From the NCBI GenBank assembly GCA_963809215.1, contig CAWEIJ010000002.1, positions 1,108,201-1,172,200 on the forward strand: a stretch of 64,000 bases of DNA, in the 5' to 3' direction. The DNA comes from an uncultured Chloroflexia bacterium. Lineage in GTDB: Bacteria > Chloroflexota > Limnocylindria > Limnocylindrales > CSP1-4. The position numbers and the translations under genes were made by a program. The notes beneath the pieces are model-generated. The model saw only the letters and a program-made list of their open reading frames with translations. It made no database searches and had not been told where the DNA came from. Position 1 is the stretch's first letter; each line of letters begins with the position of its first letter. Positions 37,827 through 48,302 of this stretch are shown one piece after another.

Positions 37827-38521
37827 TCTCCGGCCAGGCGGACGCGGGCCCCGAGCGACTTGTCGTCGCGCTCGTCCGCGGCTTCCACGGCGTCAAGGGA
37901 GGGCTCCGGGTCGAGGTGCTGACCGACGACCCGGGTGCCCGGTTCGCGCCGGGCGGGCGGCTCTATCCCGAGGGCGCCACCGAGCCGCTGACGATCGCAG
38001 AGTCGTGGGCCGCGGCGCCCGGCTGGATCATCCGGTTCCGCGAGGTCCCGACGCGGAACGCCGCCGCGGCGTACCTCTCGGTCTACCTGGAGGCGGATGC
38101 GGGCATCGTCCCGCCGCTGCCCCGCGGCAGCTACTACTGGCACGAGCTGGTGGGCTGCCCGGTCGTCGATACCGACGGCGAGCCGCTCGGCACGGTGCGT
38201 GACGTCTATCGCTCCGGGGGCGCCGAGATGCTCGTCGTCGAGGGCGGCCCGCGGGGCCCGTTCGACCTGCCGGTGGCGCGCCCGTTCGTCCGGATCCTGG
38301 CACCCCGGCGCGGCGAGATCGTGGCGGACCCAGAGGCCCTGGATCTGCCGCGACCCGAGGAGATCCGGCCGCCGCGACCACCGCGAGCGCCCCGGGCGCG
38401 CAAGGGCGATCCACAGGTCGGCCGGCAACCCGCCGCGGCCGGCGATGCCGGGCTCCCGGGGCCGGAGGCCGCGGCCGTCCCCGCCTCGCCTTCGGGCGAC
38501 GCTCGCACCACCGCGGACTGA
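37823..38521 (+). CDS. rimM: 16S rRNA processing protein RimM (apparent CTG start; long Pro/Arg/Ala C-terminal tail)
   Basis: [25 protein letters not shown]...[25 protein letters not shown] (PRC barrel). There is no ATG/GTG/TTG upstream of the conserved N-terminus. CTG 37823 forms a CTGA overlap with the KH-protein stop. Confidence 0.85.
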   Translation: MISGQADAGPERLVVALVRGFHGVKGGLRVEVLTDDPGARFAPGGRLYPEGATEPLTIAESWAAAPGWIIRFREVPTRNAAAAYLSVYLEADAGIVPPLPRGSYYWHELVGCPVVDTDGEPLGTVRDVYRSGGAEMLVVEGGPRGPFDLPVARPFVRILAPRRGEIVADPEALDLPRPEEIRPPRPPRAPRARKGDPQVGRQPAAAGDAGLPGPEAAAVPASPSGDARTTAD

Positions 38522-38532
38522 GCGCCGTCCGG

Positions 38533-39318
38533 GTGCCGCTCGAGATCGAGATCCTGACGCTCTTTCCCGAGATGCTGACCGGGCCGCTGGCGGCGAGCAT
38601 CCCGGCCCGGATCCAGGAGGAAGGCCTCGCCACGATCCGGGTCCACGACCTGCGGGCCTGGGGCCTGGGCCGGCACCGGAGCGTGGACGACGCCCCGTAC
38701 GGCGGCGGCGCCGGGATGGTGCTCCGGCCCGAGCCCGTGGCGGCGGCGCTGGCGGCGCTGCGCCGCCCGGACAGCACGGTCGTCCTGTTCGATGCCGCGG
38801 GCGAGCCGTTCCGACAGCGACGCGCGGAGGACCTCGCCGCCCGGTCCCACCTCGTGCTCCTGTGCCCACGCTACGAGGGCGTCGACGACCGGATCCGGGG
38901 GATGGTCGACCTCGAGCTGTCGATCGGCGACGTTGTCCTGACGGGTGGCGAGCTGCCCGCGCTGGTCGTCTGCGACGCGATCCTGCGGCTGCTGCCCGGC
39001 GCGATCGAGCCGGGCTCGCTCGTCGACGAGTCGTTCACGAGCGGCCTCCTCGAATACCCGCAGTACACCCGGCCGGCCGTCTTCGAGGGCGTCGGCGTCC
39101 CGGAGATCCTGACCTCGGGTGACCACGCCGCGGTCCGCCGCTGGCGGCTGCGCGAATCGCTGCGGCGGACGCTCGCGCGGCGCCCGGACCTCCTCGAGGG
39201 TCGGTCGTTCAGCGCCGAGGAGGCGCGCCTCATCGGCGAGATCGTCGACGAACGGGAGGGAGCGAGCGTCGACGACCCGGCCGGAGAACGTCGACGGGAC
39301 CCGGCGGCCCATCCGTGA
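38533..39318 (+). CDS. trmD: tRNA (guanine37-N1)-methyltransferase
   Basis: EILTLFPEM...[13 protein letters not shown]...[12 protein letters not shown]...[13 protein letters not shown]...YPQYTRP. Confidence 0.95.
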   Translation: MPLEIEILTLFPEMLTGPLAASIPARIQEEGLATIRVHDLRAWGLGRHRSVDDAPYGGGAGMVLRPEPVAAALAALRRPDSTVVLFDAAGEPFRQRRAEDLAARSHLVLLCPRYEGVDDRIRGMVDLELSIGDVVLTGGELPALVVCDAILRLLPGAIEPGSLVDESFTSGLLEYPQYTRPAVFEGVGVPEILTSGDHAAVRRWRLRESLRRTLARRPDLLEGRSFSAEEARLIGEIVDEREGASVDDPAGERRRDPAAHP

Positions 39319-39332
39319 GCGCCGGCGGCGCG

Positions 39333-39341
39333 TGCTATACT
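39333..39341 (+). promoter_or_regulatory. Extended -10-like element TGCTATACT upstream of rplS
   Basis: Lies in the trmD-rplS spacer, about 95 nt before the rplS GTG. Confidence 0.4.
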
Positions 39342-39436
39342 CCGCCGTCGGTCGCCCTCCCGCGACCGTTCGATCGTGCCCAGAATCGCGGCTCGCGGGA
39401 CCATCCCGGCCGCCCAGTGCAGCAGGGGTCGACCCG

Positions 39437-39784
39437 GTGAACGTACTCGACGAGATCGTCAAGGACCAGATTCGCACCGACATCCCGGCCCTCGCGCCCG
39501 GCGACACCGTCAAGGTCAGCGCCAAGGTCGTCGAGGGCAACCGGGAGCGGGTGCAGGTCTTCGAAGGCACCATCCTCCGCCTCACGGGCGGCGGGATCAC
39601 GCGCTCGCTGACCGTTCGGCGGATCGCCTCCGGCGTGGGCGTCGAGCGGACGTTCAAGGTGAACAGCCCCCGGATCGAGAAGATCGAGGTGGTCCGGCAC
39701 GGCGTGGCACGCCGCGCGAAGCTCTACTTCCTTCGACGCCGGGTCGGCAAGGCCGCGACGCTGCGCGAGCGCCGCACGAGCTGA
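39437..39784 (+). CDS. rplS: 50S ribosomal protein L19
   Basis: GTG 39437 lies inside ORF 39119..39784. [30 protein letters not shown]...[13 protein letters not shown]...[10 protein letters not shown]. Confidence 0.93.
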   Translation: MNVLDEIVKDQIRTDIPALAPGDTVKVSAKVVEGNRERVQVFEGTILRLTGGGITRSLTVRRIASGVGVERTFKVNSPRIEKIEVVRHGVARRAKLYFLRRRVGKAATLRERRTS

Positions 39785-39893
39785 CCGGCGGCGCCGCGGA
39801 TCGGCGCAACTGGCATCCACGGCTCCGCCCCGGCGGGGCCGTCCCGATTCCGGGGTCCGGCGGCGCCGTGATGACTGGGCTACGCTTCCCGCG

Positions 39894-40622
39894 ATGGCCC
39901 CACCCGTGCCGACCCTCCGCCGCGAGCGGCAGCTCTGGAAGAGCGGGGCCCGCCGCGTCGCCGGCGTCGACGAGGTCGGGGTCGCACCGACCTGCGGGCC
40001 GGTCGTGGCGGCGGCCGTGATCGTGCGCCCGAACTGCCGCCAGGTGCGGGGCGTCCGGGATTCCAAGACGCTCTCGGCGGCACAGCGCGAGGCGCTTGCC
40101 CCCGAGATCCGGCGGCGTGCGGTGGCGATCGGCGTGGGTGCCGCCTCCGTGGCCGAGATCGACCGCCTCAACATCTACCACGCCACCCACCTCGCGATGC
40201 GCCGCGCCATCGCCCGGCTCGGGGGCCACGACCACGTCCTCGTCGATGGGCTCCGCATCGCCGGCTTCGAGGCGGACGTGGGCCCATACGATGCGATCGT
40301 CGATGGCGACTCGTCGGTCTACTCCATCGCCTGCGCCTCGGTCGTGGCCAAGGTCGTGCGCGACCGGCTGATGGCGCGGCTCTCGATCCGCTATCCGGGC
40401 TACGGCTGGGAACACAACGCGGGCTACGCGACCGCGGAGCACCGGGCTGCCCTCCGCGCGCTCGGCGTGACGCCGTTCCACCGGCGCTCGTTCGCCCCAG
40501 TCCGCGAGGCGCTCGCCGGGATCGAGCAGCTGGAGCTCAGCTTCGAGTCGCTCGTGCCGACATTCGATGGCGCCCCCGACCCGGATCCCGACGCGGAGGC
40601 CCTCGCGGCGCTCGCCTGGTAA
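39894..40622 (+). CDS. rnhB: Ribonuclease HII (atypical sequence at the GRG motif)
   Basis: VAGVDEVGVAPTCGPVVAAAVIV...DSKTLS...IYHATHLAM...VDG...DSSVYSIACASVVAKV...GYGWEHNAGY. Confidence 0.88.
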   Translation: MAPPVPTLRRERQLWKSGARRVAGVDEVGVAPTCGPVVAAAVIVRPNCRQVRGVRDSKTLSAAQREALAPEIRRRAVAIGVGAASVAEIDRLNIYHATHLAMRRAIARLGGHDHVLVDGLRIAGFEADVGPYDAIVDGDSSVYSIACASVVAKVVRDRLMARLSIRYPGYGWEHNAGYATAEHRAALRALGVTPFHRRSFAPVREALAGIEQLELSFESLVPTFDGAPDPDPDAEALAALAW

Positions 40623-40657
40623 GTCGGCGATGATGCGGGCCACCTACGGTTGGGGGC

Positions 40658-41074
40658 ATGGGCAGCCCCGGCTCGACCGCGTCCCGCACGCCCTCGCAGC
40701 GTGCCGGCGACGCCGCGGAGGATGACGTCGCGGCACGGCTGGACGCCCTCGGCTGGGCGGTGCTCGCCCGGCGAGTTCGTGCGGGCCGATCGGAGCTCGA
40801 CCTCGTGGCGCTGGATCCGGGGCCGCCGCCCGCCCTCGTCGTCGTGGAGGTTCGCTGGCGCCGAACGCGCGCCTTCGGGCTGCCCGAGGAGACCGTCGAT
40901 CGTCGGAAGCTGGGCCACCTCCGGGCAGGGCTCGGCCGCCTGATGGAGTTGGGCAGGCTTCCCGATGGGCAGATCCTGCCGGAGCTCCCGGTTCGCCTCG
41001 ACCTCGTGGTCGTCGAGCCGCCGGCGGCCCCGGGCCAGCCGCGCCGCGTCCGCCATCACCGGGGGATCGGCTGA
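40658..41074 (+). CDS. YraN family (UPF0102) predicted endonuclease
   Basis: GDAAEDDVAARLDALGWAVLARRVRAGRSELDLVALD...LVVVEVRWRR matches the UPF0102 core. Lies downstream of rnhB, as in many genomes. Confidence 0.8.
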   Translation: MGSPGSTASRTPSQRAGDAAEDDVAARLDALGWAVLARRVRAGRSELDLVALDPGPPPALVVVEVRWRRTRAFGLPEETVDRRKLGHLRAGLGRLMELGRLPDGQILPELPVRLDLVVVEPPAAPGQPRRVRHHRGIG

Positions 41075-41196
41075 GGCGCTCGCCGCGAACGGCCGCGCGA
41101 TGGGCCTCGGACCGTGCGTGGCCGCGATGGGCCTGACGACCCCCTGTCGGGTGACGACGTCCTGCCCTGTGACGCTGTCCCGCCCGGTCGGGGGCG

Positions 41197-41205
41197 TGGT
41201 AGACT
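41197..41205 (+). promoter_or_regulatory. Extended -10-like element TGGTAGACT upstream of rpsB
   Basis: The same 9-mer occurs upstream of rpsF. It is followed by a leader of about 165 nt before the rpsB GTG. Confidence 0.4.
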
Positions 41206-41373
41206 CCCCCGGCTGCCGGATCGCCCGGTGGCGTGCCGCCGCGCCGAGAACACGGCCGGCGAGATCACACGCGGTGCCAGACCACGCTTCGGGTCGGTGC
41301 CGGGAGGCGGAAGCGTCGCCCGGTCCCGGGGCAGGGCCCGCGGAGGTACAACCGAAACAGGAGGTCCATCCCC

Positions 41374-42276
41374 GTGCCCACCGTCTCCATGCGGCAGCTC
41401 CTCGAGGCCGGCGTTCACTTCGGCCACCAGACGCGCCGCTGGAATCCCAAGATGCGCCCGTTCATCTTCGCCGAGCGCAACGGGATTCACATCATCGACC
41501 TGGCCCAGACGGTCAAGCGCCTCGACCTCGCCCTCGACGCGATCCGCGAGACGACGGCCCGCGGCGAGCAGGTCCTCTTCGTCGGCACGAAGAAGCAGGC
41601 CCAGGAGCCCATCATCCAGGAATCGGAGCGGGCGGGCCAGCCCTACGTGACCAGCCGCTGGCTCGGCGGCATGCTCACCAACTTCGTGACGATCAAGAAG
41701 CGCCTCGGCCTCCTCGAGCAGCTCGAGGCTCGCCAGCTCAACGGCGACTTCGAGCGGATGTCGAAGAAGGAAGCCGCCGTGCTCACCGAGGAGCTTCGGA
41801 AGCTGAAGCTCTCGCTTGGCGGCATCCGGAAGATGCGGCGGCTGCCCGGGGCGGTCTTCATCATCGACCCGGCCCGGGAGCGGATCGCCGTGGCCGAGTG
41901 CATCAAGCTGGAGATCCCGATCATCGGGACCGGGGATACGAACGTCGACCCGGACGAGCTCGACTACATCATCCCCGGCAACGACGATGCGATCCGCGCC
42001 ATCCGCCTGCTCTGCTCGCTCATCGCCGACGCGGCGATCGAGGGGAGCCGCGAGCGTGCCGCCCGGAGCGATCGTGAGCCGGAGCCCGAGCCCGAGATGG
42101 CCGCCGCCTTCGAGACCGACGAGCTGGCCTCGGCCGACGACCTGGTCGCGCAGCTCGCGGCCGGGGGAGCCCTCACGTTCGAGCCGGACCTCGATGAGGA
42201 CGCCCTCCTGCCCGGAGCGGCGAACGCCGCCGCGGAGGCGGGCTCGGGGATCGACCCGTCCATCCCGACCGACTGA
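41374..42276 (+). CDS. rpsB: 30S ribosomal protein S2 (acidic C-terminal extension)
   Basis: GTG 41374 is 10 nt after [28 protein letters not shown]...HIIDL...FVGTKKQA...RWLGGMLTN. Confidence 0.94.
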   Translation: MPTVSMRQLLEAGVHFGHQTRRWNPKMRPFIFAERNGIHIIDLAQTVKRLDLALDAIRETTARGEQVLFVGTKKQAQEPIIQESERAGQPYVTSRWLGGMLTNFVTIKKRLGLLEQLEARQLNGDFERMSKKEAAVLTEELRKLKLSLGGIRKMRRLPGAVFIIDPARERIAVAECIKLEIPIIGTGDTNVDPDELDYIIPGNDDAIRAIRLLCSLIADAAIEGSRERAARSDREPEPEPEMAAAFETDELASADDLVAQLAAGGALTFEPDLDEDALLPGAANAAAEAGSGIDPSIPTD

Positions 42277-42347
42277 TCCACCCGGAGCCCGGCCCGGCGA
42301 TCCGCACGCTCCCGGCCGGGCGAACCTGACAGGAGACGCACGCACCA

Positions 42348-42947
42348 ATGGCCAACATCTCCGCGAGCGACGTCAAGGAGCTGCGCGAGCGCACCGGCGC
42401 CGGCTTCATGGACTGCAAGCGCGCCCTCGAGGAGTCGGACGGCGACCTCGAGAAGGCGATCGCCCTCCTCCGCTCGCGGGGGCTCGCCGCCGCGGCCAAG
42501 CGGGCCGGGCGCGAGGCGCGCGAGGGCCTCGTCGCGAGCTACATCCATCCGGGCGGCCGCGTCGGCGTCCTGATCGAGGTGAACTGCGAGACCGACTTCG
42601 TGGCCCGCACCGACGAGTTCCAGAAGCTCGTCCACGACCTCGCGGTGCAGGTCGCCGGCCTGGCCCCCACCTGGGTGGACGCCGACGGGATCCCCGCCGC
42701 GGAGCTCGAGGCGCGACGGGCCGCGCTGCTGGCCGACGAGGCGACCCAGAAGAAGCCCGAGCACATCCGGCCGCAGATCGTCGACGGCCAGCTCAAGAAG
42801 TGGTACGCCGAGGTCTGCCTGATGGAGCAGCCCTTCCGCGACACCGACCTGAGCGTCCGCGACCTCGTCACCGCGGCGATCGCGACGACCGGCGAGAACA
42901 TCCGGGTCCGTCGCTTCGACCGCTACGCGCTCGGCGAGGAGCTGTGA
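42348..42947 (+). CDS. tsf: Elongation factor Ts (short form, about 200 aa)
   Basis: [30 protein letters not shown] (UBA-like), [24 protein letters not shown]. Confidence 0.94.
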   Translation: MANISASDVKELRERTGAGFMDCKRALEESDGDLEKAIALLRSRGLAAAAKRAGREAREGLVASYIHPGGRVGVLIEVNCETDFVARTDEFQKLVHDLAVQVAGLAPTWVDADGIPAAELEARRAALLADEATQKKPEHIRPQIVDGQLKKWYAEVCLMEQPFRDTDLSVRDLVTAAIATTGENIRVRRFDRYALGEEL

Positions 42948-43711
42948 GCCAGGCCGCTGCCGGGACCGCGACGGCCGGCGCCGTGCCGGTGCCCCGCTAC
43001 GGCCGGATCCTGCTCAAGATCTCCGGCGAGGCGCTGCTCGGCGAGCGCCAGTACGGCGTGGACCCGGCCTTCTGCGCGTTCATCGCGGGACAGATCGGGG
43101 CCGCCCGGGCCGCCGGTGTCCAGGTCGGCATCGTCGTGGGGGGCGGCAACATCTTCCGCGGGATGGCCGCCGCCGCCCGGGGGATGGACCGCGCCACCGG
43201 CGACTACATCGGGATGCTGGCCACGGTGATGAACGGCCTCGCGCTGCAGGACGCGCTCGAGCGGGTGGGCGTGCCGACGCGCGTGATGACCGCGATCGCC
43301 ATGAACGAGGTGGCCGAGCCGTACATACGGCGCCGGGCCATCCGCCACCTCGAGAAGGGCCGCGTCGCGATCTTCGTGGCGGGCACCGGGAACCCGTACT
43401 TCACGACCGACACGGCCGCCGCCCTCCGGGCGGTGGAGATCGGGGCGTCCGTCCTGCTCAAGGCCACCCGGGTCGACGGCGTCTACGAGGCCGACCCGCT
43501 GACCCACCCGGACGCCCGGCGCTACACGGAGCTGACGTTCGGCGACGTCCTGACCGAGCGCCTCGCGGTGCTCGACGCGACGGCCGTCTCGCTGTGCATG
43601 GAGAATGATCTTCCGATCATCGTCTTCGACCTGAATCAGCCCGACAACGTCCGCCGGGCCGCGATGGGGGAACAGGTCGGGACTCGCATCGCCGGAGGTA
43701 CGCCCGCATGA
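42944..43711 (+). CDS. pyrH: UMP kinase
   Basis: GTGA overlap with tsf. [11 protein letters not shown]...[10 protein letters not shown]...[16 protein letters not shown]...[17 protein letters not shown]. Confidence 0.94.
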   Translation: MSQAAAGTATAGAVPVPRYGRILLKISGEALLGERQYGVDPAFCAFIAGQIGAARAAGVQVGIVVGGGNIFRGMAAAARGMDRATGDYIGMLATVMNGLALQDALERVGVPTRVMTAIAMNEVAEPYIRRRAIRHLEKGRVAIFVAGTGNPYFTTDTAAALRAVEIGASVLLKATRVDGVYEADPLTHPDARRYTELTFGDVLTERLAVLDATAVSLCMENDLPIIVFDLNQPDNVRRAAMGEQVGTRIAGGTPA

Positions 43712-44265
43712 GCAGCCAGGTCCTCGGGACCATCGAGCCGAAGATGACGCGGGCCGTCGAGATCCTGGAGCGAGATCTCCAGGGGATCCGCACGGGCCGG
43801 GCCTCCACGGCGCTGGTCGAGCGGATCCTCGTGGAGTACTACGGCGCCGCGACGCCCCTCAACCAGCTGGCCGGCATCAGCGTCCCGGAGCCGCACCAGA
43901 TCGTGATCCAGCCGTGGGATCGCAGCGTCCTCGGCGCGATCGAGAAGGCGATCCTCAGGAGCGACGTCGGGCTGACCCCGAACGTCGACGGGACCGCGGT
44001 CCGGCTCAACATCCCGCAGTTGACCGAGGAGCGACGACGCGACATCGTGAAGGTGGTCCATCGGCGGATGGAGGAGGCACGGGTCGAGATCCGGAACCTT
44101 CGCCGCGAGGCCGCCGACGCGATCAAGAGGGAGGAGCGCGACGGCGTCCTGGGCACGGACGACGCGCATCGCGAGCTCGAGGTCCTCCAGCGCGTGACCG
44201 ACCGCGAGATCGCCGAGGTCGACAAGGTCGGCGGGGCGAAGGAGCGCGAGGTCCTCGAGGTCTAG
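43708..44265 (+). CDS. frr: Ribosome recycling factor
   Basis: ATGA overlap with pyr[21 protein letters not shown]...PLNQLA.ISVPEP..IVIQPWD. Confidence 0.95.
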   Translation: MSSQVLGTIEPKMTRAVEILERDLQGIRTGRASTALVERILVEYYGAATPLNQLAGISVPEPHQIVIQPWDRSVLGAIEKAILRSDVGLTPNVDGTAVRLNIPQLTEERRRDIVKVVHRRMEEARVEIRNLRREAADAIKREERDGVLGTDDAHRELEVLQRVTDREIAEVDKVGGAKEREVLEV

Positions 44266-45045
44266 GTGAGCCGCGCCCAGGTCGCCCGGCCGATGGATGC
44301 GCGACACGCCGCCCCTGCCGCGGAGCCGGTCGCGCCCGCGACCGACGGCACGCCGGACGCCGGCCCGCGGCCGGTTCACGTCGCGATCATCATGGACGGC
44401 AATCGCCGCTGGGCCCGCGCTCGCGGCCTGCCTGAGCTCGAGGGCCACGCGGCCGGGGTCGACAAGATCCGCTGGCTCGTGGAGCACGCGATCCGGCGCG
44501 GCATCGCCGTGCTCTCCCTGTACGCCTTCAGCCGCGAGAACTGGGCGCGCTCGGACGCAGAGGTGTCCGGCCTCTTCTCGCTCCTCGACCAGGCGATCCG
44601 GGCCGAGACGCCGGAGCTCGTCCGGCAGGGCGTCCGGGTCCGCGTGTCGGGCCGCCTCGCCGAGGTGCCCGCCGACGTCCGGGGCTCGATCACGGAAGCC
44701 ATGGCGGCCACCGGGGCCGGCACGCGCCTGGTCCTCAACATCGCCTTCAACTACGCGGGCCGGACCGAGATCGTGGACGCCGTCCGGGCGATCGTGACTG
44801 CCGGCACGCCGGCCGATGCGATCGACGAGGCCGCCGTCGAGGCGCACCTGTACACGGCCGGGCTGCCGGACCCGGACCTCGTGATCCGGACCGGCGGCGA
44901 GCAGCGCCTCTCGAACTTCCTCATCTGGCAATCGGCCTATGCCGAGTTCCACTCGTGCCCGGAACTCTGGCCGGACTTCGACGCGGAGGCGTTCGACACC
45001 GCCCTCGAGGAGTTCGCTCGTCGCGGGCGCCGGTTCGGGCGCTGA
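44266..45045 (+). CDS. uppS: Isoprenyl transferase (undecaprenyl diphosphate synthase)
   Basis: HVAIIMDGNRRWA...LSLYAFSRENW.R...NYAGR...IRTGGEQRLSNFLIWQSAYAEF. Confidence 0.94.
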   Translation: MSRAQVARPMDARHAAPAAEPVAPATDGTPDAGPRPVHVAIIMDGNRRWARARGLPELEGHAAGVDKIRWLVEHAIRRGIAVLSLYAFSRENWARSDAEVSGLFSLLDQAIRAETPELVRQGVRVRVSGRLAEVPADVRGSITEAMAATGAGTRLVLNIAFNYAGRTEIVDAVRAIVTAGTPADAIDEAAVEAHLYTAGLPDPDLVIRTGGEQRLSNFLIWQSAYAEFHSCPELWPDFDAEAFDTALEEFARRGRRFGR

Positions 45046-45056
45046 CCGGGGCCGCG

Positions 45057-45932
45057 GTGCGCGAGCGGACGACCAGCGCGCTCGTGATCGTGCCGGTCGT
45101 CGTCCTCGCGGCGGCGGCGGGCGGGCTCGGGATCGGCATCCTGGCCGTGGCCCTCGCGATCGCGGCCGCGGGCGAGGCCGAGCGGCTGCTGCCCCTCGCG
45201 GGTCAGCCGGTCATCCACCGCGGGGTCGTCGTCGGGGCCGCGCTCCTCGTCGCCGTCGCGGCGGTCCCGGCAGGCCTCGACAGCCAGCTGCTTGGCAGGC
45301 CCGCTGCGGCCGTCGAGCTCGCTGGACGCGTGCAGGCCTTCGACGGTGTCGCGGCCGTCGGGATCGTCGCCGTCGGCCTGGCCGTTGCGGCGTTCGCCCG
45401 CCGCGACGCGAGCGCGGGGTTCGCGGCGTGGTCGGCCACGCTCTTCGGCGCGATCTACGTCGGCCTCCTGGGCGCGCTCGCGGTCCTCACCACCGAGGTG
45501 TCGGACCGCGGCCCGCTCGACGGGTTCTGGCTCGAGCGGCGCTGGGTCCTGGTCCTCATCGCCGGCGTCTGGAGCTTCGACACGGGCGCCTATCTCGTGG
45601 GACGGGCCATCGGACGGCGCCCGTTCATGTCGCGGATCTCTCCGAGGAAGACCCTCGAGGGCGTCGTCGGCGGGCTGGTCGTGGCCGTGGTGGGCGTCGC
45701 CGTCGTCCTCGCGCTGAGCGGTCGCTCGCCGCTGGAGTCGCTCGTGCTCGGGCCGCTGATCGGCGGCGCCGCACAGGCGGGAGATCTCGCCGAGAGCATG
45801 CTCAAGCGCGCCGCGGGTGCCAAGGACTCCGGGCACGCGATCCCGGGCCACGGCGGGGTCCTCGACCGAATCGATTCGTTCCTCTTCGCCGCGCCCGTCC
45901 TCGTGGCGTATGTCGTCCTCGTCGGTGCGTGA
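45057..45932 (+). CDS. cdsA: Phosphatidate cytidylyltransferase
   Basis: A polytopic membrane protein with the C-terminal signature SMLKRAAGAKDSGHAIPGHGGVLDRIDS. GTG 45057 is the first start after the uppS stop. Confidence 0.88.
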   Translation: MRERTTSALVIVPVVVLAAAAGGLGIGILAVALAIAAAGEAERLLPLAGQPVIHRGVVVGAALLVAVAAVPAGLDSQLLGRPAAAVELAGRVQAFDGVAAVGIVAVGLAVAAFARRDASAGFAAWSATLFGAIYVGLLGALAVLTTEVSDRGPLDGFWLERRWVLVLIAGVWSFDTGAYLVGRAIGRRPFMSRISPRKTLEGVVGGLVVAVVGVAVVLALSGRSPLESLVLGPLIGGAAQAGDLAESMLKRAAGAKDSGHAIPGHGGVLDRIDSFLFAAPVLVAYVVLVGA

Positions 45933-47139
45933 CCGGCCGCGCGGCGTCGCGCTGCTCGGTTCCGGCGGCTCCATCGGGCGCCAATCGCTCGACGTGCTTT
46001 CGGGGCTTGCCCCGGACTGGCGCGTCGTGGCGCTGGCCACGGGCTCGCAGGCGGCGCTCCTCGAGGCCCAGGCCCGCGAGCACCGGCCCGCGGTGGTCGC
46101 CCTCGCGAGCTCGGCGCGGCTCGAGCTTCCAGCGGGGACGCGGCGCGCCGATGGCCCGGACGCGCTTGTCGAGCTCGCGACCCGGGACGACGTCGACCTC
46201 GTCATCGTCGCGACCGGCGGCGTCGTGAGCCTCCGTCCGGTCCTCGCCGCGCTGGGCGCCGGGAAGGTGGTCGCAACCGCGAACAAGGAGACGCTCGTGG
46301 CCGGTGGCCACCTGGTCATGCGGGAGGCCCGTGCCCGCGCCGCCGAACGCGCGGCGACCGACCCGCGCGACCCGCTCGCGAGCGTGCTCGGCTGGCTCCG
46401 GCCGATCGACTCGGAGCATTCGGCGATCTGGCAGTGCCTGGCCGGCGAGGCGCTCTCCGGCGTCGCCGCGCTCATCCTGACGGCGTCGGGCGGCCCGTTC
46501 CTCGACATGCCTGCCGAGGCCTTCGGCGGGGTCACCCCGGCGATGGCGCTCCGCCATCCCACCTGGAGCATGGGCGCCAAGATCACGATCGACTCGGCGA
46601 CGCTCGCCAACAAGGGCCTCGAGGTCATCGAGGCGCACTGGCTCTACGGCGTTGCGTACCCGGCCATCGAGGTCGTCGTCCACCCCCAGTCGATGGTGCA
46701 CTCGGCCGTGCGGTTCGTGGACGGGTCGATGAAGGCGCAGCTGGGCACCCCGGACATGCGGCTGCCGATCCAGTACGCGATCACGTACCCGTCCCGCCGG
46801 CCGTCGCCCGCGGCCGCCCCGGATCTTCTGGCCGCCGGGCGCCTCGAGTTCCGCGCTCCCGACGAGACGCGCTTCCCGGCCCTGCGGATCGCCCGCGAGG
46901 CCGGCCTGCTCGGCTCCCGGGCGACGGCGGCGCTGATCGCGGCCGACGAGGTGGCCGTCACCCGGTTCCTCGCCGGCAGCCTCGATTTCCCGGGGATCCC
47001 GCACCTCCTCGAGGCGGCCATCGACCGCTTCGGGACGGGTCCCGGGCAGGCGCCGGGGTACGATGAGCTGGTCGCGCTCGACCGCGAGGTCCGGGACGCG
47101 TTCACGTCGTGGGGAACCGCCGGCAGGCGGCCCGCGTAG
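45910..47139 (+). CDS. dxr: 1-deoxy-D-xylulose 5-phosphate reductoisomerase
   Basis: LLGSGGSIG, ATANKETLV, PIDSEHSAIWQC, LTASGGPF, HP.WSMG.KITIDSATL.NKGLEVIEA. The start is ATG 45910 or GTG 45925. Confidence 0.93.
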   Translation: MSSSSVRDRPRGVALLGSGGSIGRQSLDVLSGLAPDWRVVALATGSQAALLEAQAREHRPAVVALASSARLELPAGTRRADGPDALVELATRDDVDLVIVATGGVVSLRPVLAALGAGKVVATANKETLVAGGHLVMREARARAAERAATDPRDPLASVLGWLRPIDSEHSAIWQCLAGEALSGVAALILTASGGPFLDMPAEAFGGVTPAMALRHPTWSMGAKITIDSATLANKGLEVIEAHWLYGVAYPAIEVVVHPQSMVHSAVRFVDGSMKAQLGTPDMRLPIQYAITYPSRRPSPAAAPDLLAAGRLEFRAPDETRFPALRIAREAGLLGSRATAALIAADEVAVTRFLAGSLDFPGIPHLLEAAIDRFGTGPGQAPGYDELVALDREVRDAFTSWGTAGRRPA

Positions 47140-47147
47140 GAGGAGAC

Positions 47148-48302
47148 ATGGCGATCTTCCAGGGGGCGATCACGATCCTCCTATTCGTCTTCATCCTGTG
47201 CTCGCTGGTCGTGATCCACGAGCTCGGCCACTTCGTGCTTGCGCGCATCTTCGGGATCCGCGTCCACGAGTTCGGGATCGGCTTCCCGCCCCGCGCCAAG
47301 GTCCTGCGTGACCGCGGCGAGACCCTCTACACCCTGAACTGGCTGCCGGTCGGCGGGTTCGTGCGGCTCGAAGGCGAGGACGGCGACTCGGACGACCCGC
47401 GCTCGTTCACCGTCGCGCGCCTCCCCAGGAAGGTCCTGGTCCTGCTCGCCGGGGTGGGCATGAACCTCCTGCTCGCCTTCGTGGTCTTCACGGGCATCGC
47501 CTGGCTGGCGACGCCGCAGGGCGGCCTCACGTTCGGCGAGGTCGTGGCAGGCTCGCCGGCGGATCTCGCCGGGCTCCGGGCGGGCGAGACGATCCTCGCC
47601 GTCGACGGGACGACCTTCGACCTCCTGCCGAGCCCGCAGGCGGGGGAAGCCGCGATCGCGGCCCTCCGCGACCGGGCCGGGCAGCCGGTCACGCTCCTCG
47701 TTCGCGGCGTCGATGGCACCGAGCGGAATGTCGCGGTCACGCTGCGACCCCCCGAGGCGGCGGCGACGCAGGGCGCGCTCGGGATCCGCGGGGCCGGCCT
47801 GAGCTTCTCCGGCGCCTACGCGGGGCGTGATCCCGTGGCCGCGATCGCGGCGGGCGCATCGTGGACCGTGAGCGCGTTCCGCCTGATCATCGACGGCCTC
47901 GGGTCGCTCGTCTCGTCGATCGCCTCGAACCCGACCCAGGCGCCGCCCGTCACGGGGCCGGTCGGCATCGCGGTCCAGGTCGGCGACGTCTTCTGGCAGC
48001 TCGGGCCGATCTTCACCCTCTACCTGGCCGGCCTGCTCTCGGCGAACCTCGCCCTCGTGAACATCCTGCCCTTCCCGCCCCTCGACGGCGGCCGCATCCT
48101 CGTCCTCGTGCTCAAGTCCCTCCTGTCGCGCGGCGCCGCGCTCATGCGGCGCGCCGGCGTGCGCGGCCGGGGCGTGTCTTCCCAGACGGCCATCTCGGTC
48201 GAGCGCCTGACCTACCTCGTCGGGTTCGTCTTCCTGTTCGGATTCCTGATCTGGATCACGTACTTCGACATCGCCCGCCAGGTCGGCGGCGGCACGCCGT
48301 GA
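47148..48302 (+). CDS. rseP: RIP metalloprotease RseP (site-2 protease, M50) with PDZ domain
   Basis: ATG 47148 follows [18 protein letters not shown] (HExxH), a PDZ-like [20 protein letters not shown], and [11 protein letters not shown]. Confidence 0.92.
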   Translation: MAIFQGAITILLFVFILCSLVVIHELGHFVLARIFGIRVHEFGIGFPPRAKVLRDRGETLYTLNWLPVGGFVRLEGEDGDSDDPRSFTVARLPRKVLVLLAGVGMNLLLAFVVFTGIAWLATPQGGLTFGEVVAGSPADLAGLRAGETILAVDGTTFDLLPSPQAGEAAIAALRDRAGQPVTLLVRGVDGTERNVAVTLRPPEAAATQGALGIRGAGLSFSGAYAGRDPVAAIAAGASWTVSAFRLIIDGLGSLVSSIASNPTQAPPVTGPVGIAVQVGDVFWQLGPIFTLYLAGLLSANLALVNILPFPPLDGGRILVLVLKSLLSRGAALMRRAGVRGRGVSSQTAISVERLTYLVGFVFLFGFLIWITYFDIARQVGGGTP

